DNA of 64,000 nucleotides from Microcoleus sp. (GTDB lineage: Bacteria > Cyanobacteriota > Cyanobacteriia > Cyanobacteriales > Microcoleaceae). The stretch covers positions 4,288,001 to 4,352,000 of the forward strand of contig CP181291.1 in the NCBI GenBank assembly GCA_052279835.1, given 5' to 3'. Below are positions 32,426 through 43,049 of this stretch, piece after piece (the first letter of the stretch is position 1; each line of letters begins with the position of its first letter). The notes beneath the pieces are model-generated. The model was not told the DNA's origin. It saw only the letters and a program-made list of their open reading frames with translations, and searched no databases. The position numbers and the translations under genes are program-made.

Positions 32426-32614
32426 GGAAATTGCCTGTTGGATAAAGAGTTTTTCTGATTATATTGGAACCAAAGTAGATTATTTCTAATTGCGTCCAGG
32501 ATTTATCATAATTGGTATCATGTACCTAAAGCAAGAGATTTTTCGATCTCGACTCTGCATCGGCGGATCGATCGCGCTCGCAAGAGGGATTAAGCGGGTG
32601 CAAATTCAATAAAT

Positions 32615-33880
32615 TCAATCATTCCGCAAAGCTGCGATCGGATCTAAGCGCGCCGCATTCCTCGCCGGAAGCACCCCAGCCAATAAGCCCACAGTAAAAG
32701 ATAGCCCAAAGCCGGCCGCGATCGACCATACTGAAATCACAAACGGGAACTTAAACACTGTCGCCGCCCCAAAGGCGATCGCGATCCCCAACCCAATACC
32801 CGCCGTACCCCCCACCGTCGAAACCAAAACCGATTCAGCCATGAATTGAATCAGAATAGCCGCATTAGTCGCACCTACAGCTTTCCGAATCCCAATTTCC
32901 TTAGTCCGCTCCACCACAGACACCAACATAATATTAGCAATACCAATGCCGCCAACTACCAGAGAAATTCCGGCGATCGCCACCACCATCACCGTAAACA
33001 AACCTACCACATTGCTAAAAGTATTAACAATATCAACTTGATTAATCACTCGAAAATCATCCGGTTGCGGCGGATAAATATTATGACGTAAACGCAAGAT
33101 ATTTTCCACTTGAAATTGAGCATCGGCTAAATCCGACTCCCCGGTAGTTTGCAACCAAAAACCAGAAATAGCAATTCCCGATAAAGAATTTCTACCCACA
33201 ATCCGAGCCGACATATTTTTCAGGGGAACATACACGCGATCGTCCTGATCGGTACCCCCCACAGACCCCTTGGGTTCCATCACTCCAATCACCTTATAGC
33301 GGTTTCCCTGAATGCGAACATCAGCAGATAGCGCATTAGCCCCAACTCCAAAAAGGTCATCTCGCACCTTAGAACCGAGGACAACTACTGGCTCAGCAGC
33401 ATTCAATTCATCCTCATTAAAAAACCGTCCAGTTTGAGGTTGAATGTTCTTAACATCAGGATAATTCAAATCAGTTCCCAAAATAGCAGTAAACGAATTT
33501 TGCCCGCCATAAACAACTTGCACTTGGCGCTGCAAATAAGCGGAAATTGCCTTAACTGCCGGTGCTTGGAGGCCGATCGCCTTAGCGTCATCCCAAGTTA
33601 CAGTAGAAGCAGAACCGCTACCCTGACTGACACCACCCGATCGCGAAGCACCGGATAAAACCAATAAAACATTAGTACCCAAAGCCTTCAACTGTTCCTC
33701 TGTGGACTTTTGTACTCCCTGGCCCACGGAAGTAATCGCAATCACAGAAGATATGCCAATAATTACCCCAAGCATCGTCAAACTGGTGCGCAATTTATTA
33801 TTCCATAGCGCCTCAGTCGCCATGAATACAATTTGAATGTTGGAGATTTTGTTAATAACTGGCGGGGTTTTTAATTTCAT
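32615..33880 (-). CDS. MacB/FtsX-type ABC transporter permease
   Basis: RTSLTMLGVIIG, GGIGIANIMLVSVVERTKEIGIRKAVGA, PARNAARLDPIAALR. Confidence 0.9.
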   Translation of the reverse strand: MKLKTPPVINKISNIQIVFMATEALWNNKLRTSLTMLGVIIGISSVIAITSVGQGVQKSTEEQLKALGTNVLLVLSGASRSGGVSQGSGSASTVTWDDAKAIGLQAPAVKAISAYLQRQVQVVYGGQNSFTAILGTDLNYPDVKNIQPQTGRFFNEDELNAAEPVVVLGSKVRDDLFGVGANALSADVRIQGNRYKVIGVMEPKGSVGGTDQDDRVYVPLKNMSARIVGRNSLSGIAISGFWLQTTGESDLADAQFQVENILRLRHNIYPPQPDDFRVINQVDIVNTFSNVVGLFTVMVVAIAGISLVVGGIGIANIMLVSVVERTKEIGIRKAVGATNAAILIQFMAESVLVSTVGGTAGIGLGIAIAFGAATVFKFPFVISVWSIAAGFGLSFTVGLLAGVLPARNAARLDPIAALRND

Positions 33881-34011
33881 TGGGTAATGGGTAGTTGGCG
33901 AGGATTAAGATTTTTTTAACCGCAGAGGGCGCAGAGAACACAGAGGGAGAGAAGAAAGAGAATAGTAGTTCTGATACAGACAGATGTCAAAATCTGTATG
34001 ATGCTTTTCTA

Positions 34012-35832
34012 CTAACGCAAGCGAGTTCCACCCCCCGGTTGTAAACCTGGAATTCCCCCGGAAGATGGATTTTGAGATTTTTGCCGCAAGCCAGGGGGTA
34101 AACTAATAAAAACCTTTTCATTTCCCTGCAAGCCCGATCGCACTTCCGTCTTATCATCAACCGTCATCCCCGTCTTAATCGGCACAAACTTAGGCTTTCC
34201 AGCTTCACCACCGGCCACAAACACCCCCGTTTCCTTTTGTTGGCGGACAATGGCCGCAGTCGGGACAACCAAAACATCTTTCAATTCACCAGCTTTAAAC
34301 TCCACATTCACATTCATTCCCGATCGCAAAATTTTCTTTTCATCATCAACAATCGAAGCTTTCACCTCAAAACTGGTAACATTTTGCTGGACGATCGACT
34401 GAGGTGAAATTTGGCTAACTTTACCTGTAAAAGTCTGTCCGGGATAAGCATCAGCTTGAATAGATGCACTTTGGCCAATACGGATTTGAGCAATATTGCT
34501 TTCTGCCACATTAGCCACCACCTGATTTTTTGAAGCTAAGGACAAAATCGAAGAAGAAGTTGCTGAAGACACCGCACTACCTGCCGTTGTCGGGGTGACA
34601 AAAGCCCCCGGATCGGCATATTTCCGAGTCACAATACCGCTGAAAGGAGCGCGAATTTTCGTATCGTTAATCAGCGCTTGCACGGTTTGGAGACTGCCTT
34701 TGGCGGAGAGAACTTGGGCCCGCGCTTGGGCGATTTCTTCCGGGCGAGAACCGGCTTGAATTAGCGCCAAAGCTTGCTGTTTTTGCTCCAATGCTGCTTC
34801 AGCAGCGGCGATATCTTCCGGGCGCGCCCCCACTCGCACTCCAGCCAAAGCTTGCCGTTTTTGCTCGACAGCAGCCCGCGCCGCAGCAATCTCTTCCGGG
34901 CGAGCACCGGCTTGAATTAGGGCCAAAGCTTGCTGTTTTTGTTCAACGGCGGCCCGCGCTTGGGCAATCTCTTCCGGGCGCGAACCAGCTCGCAGCAAGG
35001 CTACAGCTTGTTGGGCTTGTCTGACTTGAGTTTGAGCTCGATCGCGCGCCGTGCGAGAAGTATTCACAATTTGGAGAGCAATCGCTCCTGATGTATAGAG
35101 TGCTTGATTTCTCTGAAAGTCTTCTTCTGCCTGGTTTTTGGCATATTCTGCATCCCTGAGTTTAGATTCTGCTTGGGCGATATCTTCGGGGCGATTACCC
35201 TTGAGCAATTTTTGGAGAGTTGCTTGTTGTTCGGCTAATTGCGCTTGGGCTACGGCAATATCCTGACTGCGACTACCGTTGAGTAATTTTTCAAGACTAG
35301 CTTGTTGTTCGGTTAGTTGGGCTTGGGCTACGGCAATATCCTGACTGCGACTACCGTTGAGCAATTTTTCAAGACTAGCTTGTTGTTCGGCTAATTGCGC
35401 CTTGGCGACGGCAATATCTTCGGCTCGATTACCATTGAGTAATTTTTGCAAGTTGGCTTCGGCTGAGGCTAGTTGTCCGCGATTTTGCGTAAGTTGCCCT
35501 TGGAGGTTGGAATCATCCATTTGCGCCAGAATTTGCCCTTTTTCAACGCTGTCTCCTTCTTTGACGAGCAAACTTTTGAGCACTCCTGATGTTTTGGGGC
35601 TGACATTAACGCTGCGTTCGGGTACTATTGTGCCGTTTGCTGAAATGGCGATGGGTAAATTCACTCTTTCTACAGCAACGGTTTTTTCCTTGCGCCTGCT
35701 TTCCCGGCTCGATTTGACTGTGAGTTGGGTGTAAGCTGTGTAGCCAACTCCTGCAAGCAATCCGGTGGCGAGGAACCCGATTAACCACGGAGTCAGCCCT
35801 TTTTTAATTTGAAAGTGCTTTATTAAGTACAT
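34012..35832 (-). CDS. Efflux periplasmic adaptor (HlyD/MacA family) with expanded coiled-coil repeats
   Basis: N-terminal TM; VKEGDSVEKGQILA and IRAPFSGIV lipoyl halves; repeated GxRxEDIAxA units. Confidence 0.9.
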   Translation of the reverse strand: MYLIKHFQIKKGLTPWLIGFLATGLLAGVGYTAYTQLTVKSSRESRRKEKTVAVERVNLPIAISANGTIVPERSVNVSPKTSGVLKSLLVKEGDSVEKGQILAQMDDSNLQGQLTQNRGQLASAEANLQKLLNGNRAEDIAVAKAQLAEQQASLEKLLNGSRSQDIAVAQAQLTEQQASLEKLLNGSRSQDIAVAQAQLAEQQATLQKLLKGNRPEDIAQAESKLRDAEYAKNQAEEDFQRNQALYTSGAIALQIVNTSRTARDRAQTQVRQAQQAVALLRAGSRPEEIAQARAAVEQKQQALALIQAGARPEEIAAARAAVEQKRQALAGVRVGARPEDIAAAEAALEQKQQALALIQAGSRPEEIAQARAQVLSAKGSLQTVQALINDTKIRAPFSGIVTRKYADPGAFVTPTTAGSAVSSATSSSILSLASKNQVVANVAESNIAQIRIGQSASIQADAYPGQTFTGKVSQISPQSIVQQNVTSFEVKASIVDDEKKILRSGMNVNVEFKAGELKDVLVVPTAAIVRQQKETGVFVAGGEAGKPKFVPIKTGMTVDDKTEVRSGLQGNEKVFISLPPGLRQKSQNPSSGGIPGLQPGGGTRLR

Positions 35833-36045
35833 ATAAGTTAGACCGATCGGGCGTCTGTTTACTTTAGACCGATCGGGAACACAAAACGTTCAATTTAATT
35901 GATGATTTTTTTGGTTGAGCGATCGACCTCGCAGTAAATTTTCCGCAATATTACTTAATAAAACTCCCCATCTTCATCAAAAATTTATTTAAACAGGTAT
36001 TTTTCAGCAAAACTTTACAGATATGCTCTGAAAATACTGTTAGAG

Positions 36046-36342
36046 TTGCTACAAGTGGATGTCACCGTCACCAACAGTGACAATGAAACTCCGGGAATTA
36101 CAGTTAATCCGACGGCGGGGTTGACTACTGGTGAAGATGGCATCAAGGCAAATTTTGCTGTGGTTTTGAATACTAAACCAACGGCTAATGTGACTATCGG
36201 TTTGAATAGTTCTAATGTGGCGGAAGGAACTGTTTCGACTCCTAGTTTAACTTTCACTCCGGCTAACTAAGATACAGCGCAACCAGTGACAGTAACTGGG
36301 GTTAATGATAGCATCGCTGACGGGAATATTGACTACAAATGA
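36046..36342 (+). pseudogene. Fragment of a Calx-beta-like surface-protein repeat with an in-frame stop
   Basis: PGITVNPTAGLTTGE..LNTKPTANVTIGLNSSNVAEGTVS..LTFTPAN*DTAQPVTVTGVND aligns with the segment of the 5578-9735 protein encoded at ~7645-7900. Confidence 0.7.
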
Positions 36343-36343
36343 C

Positions 36344-37090
36344 TTAGAGAACAATACTACCATCAGGCATCATAGTTTTGGTCAAAATAGCTTCAGACAA
36401 ATTGGCTCCTTTCAAATTTGCTCCTCTCAGATTCGCCCCCGCCAAATTAGCTCCCCTCAAGTCAGCTTTGCCAAGGTTTGTCCACCGTAAATCAGCGCCT
36501 TTCAACAAGGCAAAACTCAGATTAGCCCTAAAAAGATAAGCTCCCGTTAAGTGAGCTTCCACGAGATTAGCTTTATAGAAATTAGCACTATAAAAATGCG
36601 CCTCAATCAACTCTGCTTGGGTGAGATTGGCTTGACTCAGATTAGCATTATTCAGGTTGGCTCCCGTCGCCTTAACTCCACACATCACCGTACCGATTAA
36701 GCTAGCATCTGCTAAATCGGTATTTTGGAGATTAGCAGCGCTCATATCTGCCCCGATTAAATTTGCCAGACTCAAATCGGCTCCTCTCAAGTCGGCTTCC
36801 TGGAGGTTGGTTCCAGTTAAATTAGCTTTGACTAAGTTAGTTTCCAGCAGTTGGGTACGCGCTAGATTTCCTAGACTGAGATTAGCTTCAGTGAGGTTGG
36901 CTGCAATCAATTTAGCTTTGAATAAGTCGATTTTAAACAGGTTAGATCGCCCAAGATGCGCGCCTCGCAGATTGGCTTCTGCCAGGTTGGCTTCACTCAG
37001 GTCAGGTTCGATATTTGGGTGAATATTTCTCCATTCAATCCAGGTTACAGCACCCAGTTTCAACAGTGCCAAATGCTCTTTATTTGCCAT
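36344..37090 (-). CDS. Pentapeptide repeat protein
   Basis: A(D/N)Lxx repeats throughout. Confidence 0.9.
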   Translation of the reverse strand: MANKEHLALLKLGAVTWIEWRNIHPNIEPDLSEANLAEANLRGAHLGRSNLFKIDLFKAKLIAANLTEANLSLGNLARTQLLETNLVKANLTGTNLQEADLRGADLSLANLIGADMSAANLQNTDLADASLIGTVMCGVKATGANLNNANLSQANLTQAELIEAHFYSANFYKANLVEAHLTGAYLFRANLSFALLKGADLRWTNLGKADLRGANLAGANLRGANLKGANLSEAILTKTMMPDGSIVL

Positions 37091-37109
37091 AATTAATCTC
37101 CTTTAATGG

Positions 37110-37754
37110 CTATTCTTTTCGTCCAAAAATTGCTGGATTGTCCCGCCCGGCCACACCTTCAATTGCCGCAATTGCCGCCTGGGAACCTGCGATAATATCT
37201 CGTTCTGCTCCGCCTAGGTACAGCCGTCCAAAACTGCCTACAGCCTGAACTTCTAGAATATTAATAGATGCGCCTTTTTCGGCTTCATTTGCCGCTAGTG
37301 CAGCATAGGCTGCCGGTTCTACTTCTAAGACGTAAAGCGTTTGTCCCGCCAGCAGTAATTGTCCGCGGCGGGTGCGGTTAATTAATTGCGTTTGGTGGGC
37401 GTCGATGTTCCGAATAATTTGGCTGGAAATAACTCGCGGTTTGATACATTCTTCTCTGCGAACTCCGATGAATTCTAGAATCGCTTTCCCCGCAGCCCTG
37501 GTTTCCCCCTGCTGGCTTGAATGCACTTCCAGAAGGCCGTACAAGCGTTCGACTATCTGCACTCCAGGGCGCACAGAGGCAGATTTGAGGGCGACATCGG
37601 TAATTCGGTTAATTTCGATACCGGGCGAGATTTCTATCCACAGCGACGCATCGCCCGGTAGCGGCAAGAATCCGGCCGCGACAGTGCCTATGTATGCTGC
37701 GTGCTGTGGCTGTAGGTTGTCTAGAAAGACGTAGCTGCGTAGCTCTATGCCCAA
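37110..37754 (-). CDS. ccmP: Carboxysome shell protein CcmP (tandem BMC domain)
   Basis: [46 protein letters not shown] start. Confidence 0.85.
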   Translation of the reverse strand: MGIELRSYVFLDNLQPQHAAYIGTVAAGFLPLPGDASLWIEISPGIEINRITDVALKSASVRPGVQIVERLYGLLEVHSSQQGETRAAGKAILEFIGVRREECIKPRVISSQIIRNIDAHQTQLINRTRRGQLLLAGQTLYVLEVEPAAYAALAANEAEKGASINILEVQAVGSFGRLYLGGAERDIIAGSQAAIAAIEGVAGRDNPAIFGRKE

Positions 37755-38029
37755 AAGTTTTTATCTCCGTCGATCGATCTGCAATTGTTTTCCTTGCAAT
37801 ATCTGAGTGTACCGCACGGTTGACTTGTTTTCTTCCTTGTCCCATCAGATGCCGCTACCCCTCTATCCCCTGTTGATGCTCTACACTAGGGCTCGATCGA
37901 GTGGGAAATTGACCTATAGTAATAGCTGGAATTTACCACAGTTTATGGCTACAGGTGGATTTTACTGGAGTTGGCTATCGATATAGTAGTGATAGTTAAA
38001 CATTTTGCCCACAAAGAGCATTTTTAGTT

Positions 38030-38332
38030 ATGAAACGTTCTGATTTATCTAAAGTTATTGGTGCAGGAATTATTGCTGCTGGTTTAGCCATTGTACCAGC
38101 TAACTTGCCTGCTGCTGCTCAGACGAATACAGCTCCTGGTACTAATAGCACTACAACTACCACAAGTCCTCGATCCGATGTTTACCGTACAGAGTCCGAT
38201 CGCGATTTTGACTGGGGATGGTTGGGATTGCTCGGTTTGTCTGGTTTGTTCGGTTTGATGCCCCGCAAGGAAAGAGAAACTGTCAACTACACTACTACCG
38301 ATCGCGACCCCTCTGTTCGCACTGAATACTAA
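38030..38332 (+). CDS. WGxxGxxG-CTERM domain protein
   Basis: Signal peptide, Thr-rich linker, DWGWLGLLGLSGLFGL. Confidence 0.85.
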   Translation: MKRSDLSKVIGAGIIAAGLAIVPANLPAAAQTNTAPGTNSTTTTTSPRSDVYRTESDRDFDWGWLGLLGLSGLFGLMPRKERETVNYTTTDRDPSVRTEY

Positions 38333-38451
38333 TGCTACTTTAGTATGTTGGCTGTGAGCGTTATACAGGGACAGGGTTTTTTCACCTGTGCGATCGTAAA
38401 TAGGAATTCTTAGACCTCCATCTTTGGGGGTCTTTTGTTTTAGGGATGAGG

Positions 38452-39057
38452 TTAAGGAATCAATTCACCGTCACACAAAGATAAAATAGTATTCAGAAAA
38501 GCTTTTAATTCAGGACAAACTTTAGCAGCATCCTCAAGATTTTGTCCCTCTAATATTTTTTTGGCATCCCGTGCTTTATCATAGCTGCGACGTTTCCCCT
38601 GTTCAAATATGTCTTTAATTCTATAAGAAGGTGGATTATTGTGATTAACCAGTTCAGGATCGCCGCTAGGAACCGCTCTATTTCCTCCTGATATTTGCTG
38701 AATTTTTGACCAAAAAGGTAACAACCAAGCTTAAAAGTCATGGGAAGCTGCATGAGGATAAAAATTGGGATTTTTCCCCACCCATGCTGCCATTTTAGCC
38801 TTAGCATCGGCTGCATCTATAAAATCTTTAGTGCCTGTATAAACATCAGTTAGTGCTATCACAGCATTATGGGCATCTCTTCCACTCAATAAATTTTCCA
38901 CAACGCGCCTGAGTTTTTCTTCTTTGTGAATGCGACCTTCACAAGATATAAACTTTAATTTTGGCATCTGCTGTCCCAGGCGTAACTTAAGAAACTCTGG
39001 CAACTTGGACTTAAATGCCATTTCCGTTGCTCCTTCAACCAAAATAGCAATTTTCAC
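38452..39057 (-). pseudogene. DUF4276-like (TOPRIM-type) protein interrupted by one nonsense codon
   Basis: VKIAILVEGATE start overlaps the ATPase stop (GTGA); HDF*AWLLP with TAA at 38731-38733 where E is expected; frame continues to CPELKAFL. Confidence 0.7.
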
Positions 39058-40208
39058 GGTCGGCCTCCAATGATGTTCATTGCCCAAAGCTGATCCAAGC
39101 TATAATCTTCTAACCAGTGTTCTAAGTCTATAGAGTCAGCCCAAGTTAGAGTCGCCAAACCATCTTCAGAATCACAAACTAGCACCTCATGAGGTTGTAA
39201 AAATCGGATTAGGCGATCGGAATGAGTTGCGACAATTAATTGAGTTCTTTGAGAAGCTTCTCTCATTGCATGAGCTAGTAGTTGTAACAACTCTGGATGT
39301 AAACTAACTTCCGGCTCATCAATCAGCGTGATAGCAGTCAAATCTCGACTTTGTAGTAGAGTTATTAACCACAGAAACCGCAGTGTTCCTTCGGAGAGTT
39401 GGTGCATATAAAAAGGATAAGAAAAATTTCTATCCTTCCAAGTCATAGCCAAAGTTCCTGCCGCTACTGGCGGAAAACTCAACCTTTCAAAATCAGGAAA
39501 AGCCGCAGCAAGCGTATCTTCGATAATTTCAAATCGATTTCGATCTGTTTCTCGCCGATAATAGAGGCATGAAACTAAATCTTCTCCCTTACTACCGGGC
39601 AAAGTTGCAGGCTGCATCGATTGAGGTAAACGGATGGGACTTTGAGGCGATAAATTTAATTCCCATGCTTTATAGAAACTACATGAAGCTAAATTTTGCC
39701 TCAAGGTTTCCGGTTCCCGATACATCTTAGGAACTTGGGCCAGGGATGTTTCGTAAGGAGTGTGTTGCCAGTTTGGGCGTAGTAGCTTTTCATCTTCTGG
39801 ACTAAAATATCTGACATCTAAACCGCGAGATTCAATATACTTAAAAGGTTGAACAGCATCGGGATTGCGCTGTTGAATGAGGGTTTCTAAACCCATTTCA
39901 TAGAACTGACCTTTGGTTGCGATTTTTAGAGAATAGTTGAGGGGTTCCTGATTCTCTATAGGCATCGATAAGGAGATTGAGACGCTATCAGCCCGGTTTA
40001 ATGTTACAATCTGACTTAGACCGCCTAACTCGGAAATTTTTGACTGTAACTGACCCTTGGCTGATGCTGCTAGAAGTGAGAATATTTCTAAAAAAGAACT
40101 TTTCCCAACACCGTTAGCACCAATCATCACTGTCAGAGGTCGCATTTCCACCTCTGCCGAAAACAAACGGCGAAACCCATCGATCTTTAGACGCTCAAAT
40201 GTGTTCAT
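39054..40208 (-). CDS. AAA_21-like ABC ATPase
   Basis: Walker A GANGVGKS, LSEGTLRF signature, IDEPEVSLHP, ATHS. Confidence 0.85.
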   Translation of the reverse strand: MNTFERLKIDGFRRLFSAEVEMRPLTVMIGANGVGKSSFLEIFSLLAASAKGQLQSKISELGGLSQIVTLNRADSVSISLSMPIENQEPLNYSLKIATKGQFYEMGLETLIQQRNPDAVQPFKYIESRGLDVRYFSPEDEKLLRPNWQHTPYETSLAQVPKMYREPETLRQNLASCSFYKAWELNLSPQSPIRLPQSMQPATLPGSKGEDLVSCLYYRRETDRNRFEIIEDTLAAAFPDFERLSFPPVAAGTLAMTWKDRNFSYPFYMHQLSEGTLRFLWLITLLQSRDLTAITLIDEPEVSLHPELLQLLAHAMREASQRTQLIVATHSDRLIRFLQPHEVLVCDSEDGLATLTWADSIDLEHWLEDYSLDQLWAMNIIGGRP

Positions 40209-40346
40209 ATTTTTGGTACTTGAGCTTGTAGAATCTTAATATGCACAAGTTTACTCCGCCCCAACGCTTTTTTCCATAATGTCTACAAATTGCGATAGTC
40301 ACTAGGTAATTAAGAATTAATTATTAAAAATCACCAAGTGTTCAAG

Positions 40347-40469
40347 GGGAGCATCCCGATTTGCTATAGGCTATAGCATGACCGCAGAAAATTTATTACT
40401 GATAACCAGAGATTTACAGCCCTCATGCTTCGCCCCTACGAATATATTTGCACTCATTGAGATGCACCC
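40347..40469. mobile_element. Possible short MITE with imperfect terminal inverted repeats
   Basis: gggagcatccc ... gagatgcaccc. Confidence 0.4.
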
Positions 40470-40525
40470 TGCTCAAGTCTGTGTCAAAATGATTTTACTA
40501 AATTTTGTAAGTTGGAAAACTAACG

Positions 40526-41281
40526 ATGACTGTAAATCCTAAATTGCAGCGCGCATTTGACCAAGGCCGCGCCCTGAAAATTATCAGCGGTTTGAATAAT
40601 TTTGATGCTGCCAGAGTTGCCGCTGTTGTCAAAGCAGCGGATCTCGGCGGTGCGACGTTTGTTGATATTGCAGCCGATCGCGATTTGGTAATCATGGCAA
40701 AAACATTGACAAATTTGCCAATTTGTGTATCTGCCGTGGAACCCGAAAAGTTTGTCTCTGCGGTAGAAGCCGGTGCAGATTTGATTGAAATTGGTAACTT
40801 TGACTCTTTCTACGCTTCAGGTCGCCGCTTTGAAGCTGAAGAAGTTTTGGAGTTGACTCGCCAAACTCGATCGCTACTTCCCAACATCACCCTTTCTGTA
40901 ACTGTTCCCCATATTTTGACCTTAGACCAACAGGTGCAATTAGCCACAGAATTAGTCAAAGCTGGCGCAGACATCATCCAAACAGAAGGCGGTACCAGTG
41001 CTCAACCAGTGCACGCCGGCACTTTGGGATTGATTGAAAAAGCAGCGCCTACTTTGGCCGCCGCCTTTGAAATTTCCCGCGCCGTATCGGTTCCCGTACT
41101 TTGCGCTTCTGGCATCTCCAATGTCACAGCACCGCTGGCTATTGGCGCCGGTGCAGCGGGTATTGGTGTCGGTTCTGCCGTTAGTCAACTTAATAGCGAA
41201 GTGGCAATGATTGCAGTAGTTCGCAGTTTGGTTGAAGCTTTAGCCAAGGTAGAGCGATCGCACTTAGCTACTTCCATTTAA
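40526..41281 (+). CDS. DUF561/Ycf23 family protein
   Basis: LKIISGLNNFD, ADLIEIGNFDSFY, IIQTEGG. Confidence 0.85.
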   Translation: MTVNPKLQRAFDQGRALKIISGLNNFDAARVAAVVKAADLGGATFVDIAADRDLVIMAKTLTNLPICVSAVEPEKFVSAVEAGADLIEIGNFDSFYASGRRFEAEEVLELTRQTRSLLPNITLSVTVPHILTLDQQVQLATELVKAGADIIQTEGGTSAQPVHAGTLGLIEKAAPTLAAAFEISRAVSVPVLCASGISNVTAPLAIGAGAAGIGVGSAVSQLNSEVAMIAVVRSLVEALAKVERSHLATSI

Positions 41282-41351
41282 ACAGCTTCCAACTGATATC
41301 TTTTAGTCGTTACCAGGCTCTTCCTGGTAACGCAGATGCTTTGGAGCTGCC

Positions 41352-41996
41352 TCAATGATTGATAAACCACAGTGAATAATCATCCAAAAAAACCTTATTT
41401 GGGGAGTTTTCATCACTGGTTTTTAAATTTACTAAAGGCAACACAAATTCTCGGTTATCGCTGACACGCTTTACCTCTACAAGGATGCCATTTTTCTGAT
41501 AAACAGTATCCTTAAACTGTTTGATTTCAAAGATGTCTGTGTAAGAAGATTTAGTTTTTGTTGTTTTTTTATATTCTTTTTTGTTGCCCGACTCACTACC
41601 CAAATCTTCTTCCCAAATAAACAATTCTCTGCCTGTGACATGACAAGGTAATTGCAAATTATTTTTGAGGTATGTTAAATAGGTAAGGAGATTTTTAATC
41701 CCAACTTCAATACTTTGAGAATTCAATATTTGAGCAATTCTCTGCTCGAATTGTTTGATATCGAACAGGGTAATTCCATCTATACCTGTGACCATTGCGT
41801 GTTTAATCAAGTTAAGTTCAGGTATTCCCATCAATAGACGCTGAAGGCTATTTAGTGGTTTCTGCTTTCTACCTGCTACAATAGTTTCATCAAGCTGAAT
41901 CGGAGGAAGCTCTGCTTCGGAAGCTAGGGATTTGCTCTGGTTTGGACTATCGTCAAATTTAGGCTTTTTAAATCTAGGCTTGTCAAAGTTAGACAT
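41352..41996 (-). CDS. Hypothetical protein with CcbP-like C-terminal domain
   Basis: YLKNNLQLPCHVTGRE.F.WEE...LPLVNL...N...LDDYSLWF; start at MSNFDK. Confidence 0.55.
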   Translation of the reverse strand: MSNFDKPRFKKPKFDDSPNQSKSLASEAELPPIQLDETIVAGRKQKPLNSLQRLLMGIPELNLIKHAMVTGIDGITLFDIKQFEQRIAQILNSQSIEVGIKNLLTYLTYLKNNLQLPCHVTGRELFIWEEDLGSESGNKKEYKKTTKTKSSYTDIFEIKQFKDTVYQKNGILVEVKRVSDNREFVLPLVNLKTSDENSPNKVFLDDYSLWFINH

Positions 41997-42080
41997 AACT
42001 GGAGCTCGTTGTACTGGTTTATGAATAAAGTATATCTTGACAGAAGTACATTCGTCTGTAATACATAGGAGGAAGCTGCG

Positions 42081-42728
42081 ATGCAACTACTAAAATCCCC
42101 TGAAGAATCGGCAGTCTATCAAGGGCAATTTGGCGAGTTTACGATTACTCAAAGCGATCGCACGGGTGTGATAATTTACCGTGCAGCGTTAGGGGTAGCT
42201 GCCACTTGTTGGGCGATCGGCACTACCCTCGTACTGCAACAGGGTGACAACCCAACCGTCATCCAAGCAATAACGCCGATTTTTGCTGGTTTCTGGATAG
42301 CTTTAGGCGTTAGTTTGGCAACTATTCATATTTACATGATTGCCTTACACCGACTGTTACAAATATTTTGGGCGATCGGCGGCGCTGCCGCACTTTTTGT
42401 CGCCATACAAAGCACAGAACCCCTAGCTTTAGCAGTTTACGAACATCCAGCAACTTTGTGGGGAATTGGTTTTATTTTTGCTGCCTTAAATGGCATCTAT
42501 TTCAAAGAAGCTTTCTGTTTCAATCGCTTAGAAACTAAGTTTTTGACTCCCGGAGTTCCGTTCTTAATTATCGGACATCTTTTCGGTTTTCTTTCAGGGG
42601 AAAACGAACAATTATTACTCGCTGTTTGGGCAGTTTTGTTTATCATATTTGCCGTCCGTAAGTTTTTTCAAGCTATCCCGCAAGATATTGGTGACAAAAG
42701 CGTGTTTGATTACCTCAAAAATCAATAA
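42081..42728 (+). CDS. DUF2301 membrane protein
   Basis: YQGQFGEF, IHIY..LHR.LQ, FKEAFCF.RLE, DIGDKSVF. Confidence 0.85.
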   Translation: MQLLKSPEESAVYQGQFGEFTITQSDRTGVIIYRAALGVAATCWAIGTTLVLQQGDNPTVIQAITPIFAGFWIALGVSLATIHIYMIALHRLLQIFWAIGGAAALFVAIQSTEPLALAVYEHPATLWGIGFIFAALNGIYFKEAFCFNRLETKFLTPGVPFLIIGHLFGFLSGENEQLLLAVWAVLFIIFAVRKFFQAIPQDIGDKSVFDYLKNQ

Positions 42729-42855
42729 TTATTGCAGCATAATCCTATATACACCCAAACCAAATAAGCCTGGTTTTTTGCAGCTTTTGGGTGTTTGAAT
42801 AAAGTATTATGCCAAAAACCTGGTTCTGACAACCTGTGGCTAAGTCCTAAATAAT

Positions 42856-43015
42856 TATAGCCCTTCTCAGTTAGGTGAGGTACAGGGAAGTGTCCATGGC
42901 GAATGGCGAATGGTTAGTGGTTACTTGTTAGTGACTTTTCTTATAGCCAATTACCAATTACCAATTACCAATTACCAATGCTTGATTGTACCTCATCTTT
43001 CTGAGAAAGGCTATA
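42856..43015 (+). mobile_element. ~160-bp MITE (family B), copy 1
   Basis: 29-bp imperfect TIRs tatagcccttctcagttaggtgaggtaca / tgtacctcatctttctgagaaaggctata; internal (CCAATTA)n. Confidence 0.75.
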
Positions 43016-43049
43016 CAGTATCTGGTTTTTTTGGGTAACACAGCAAACC

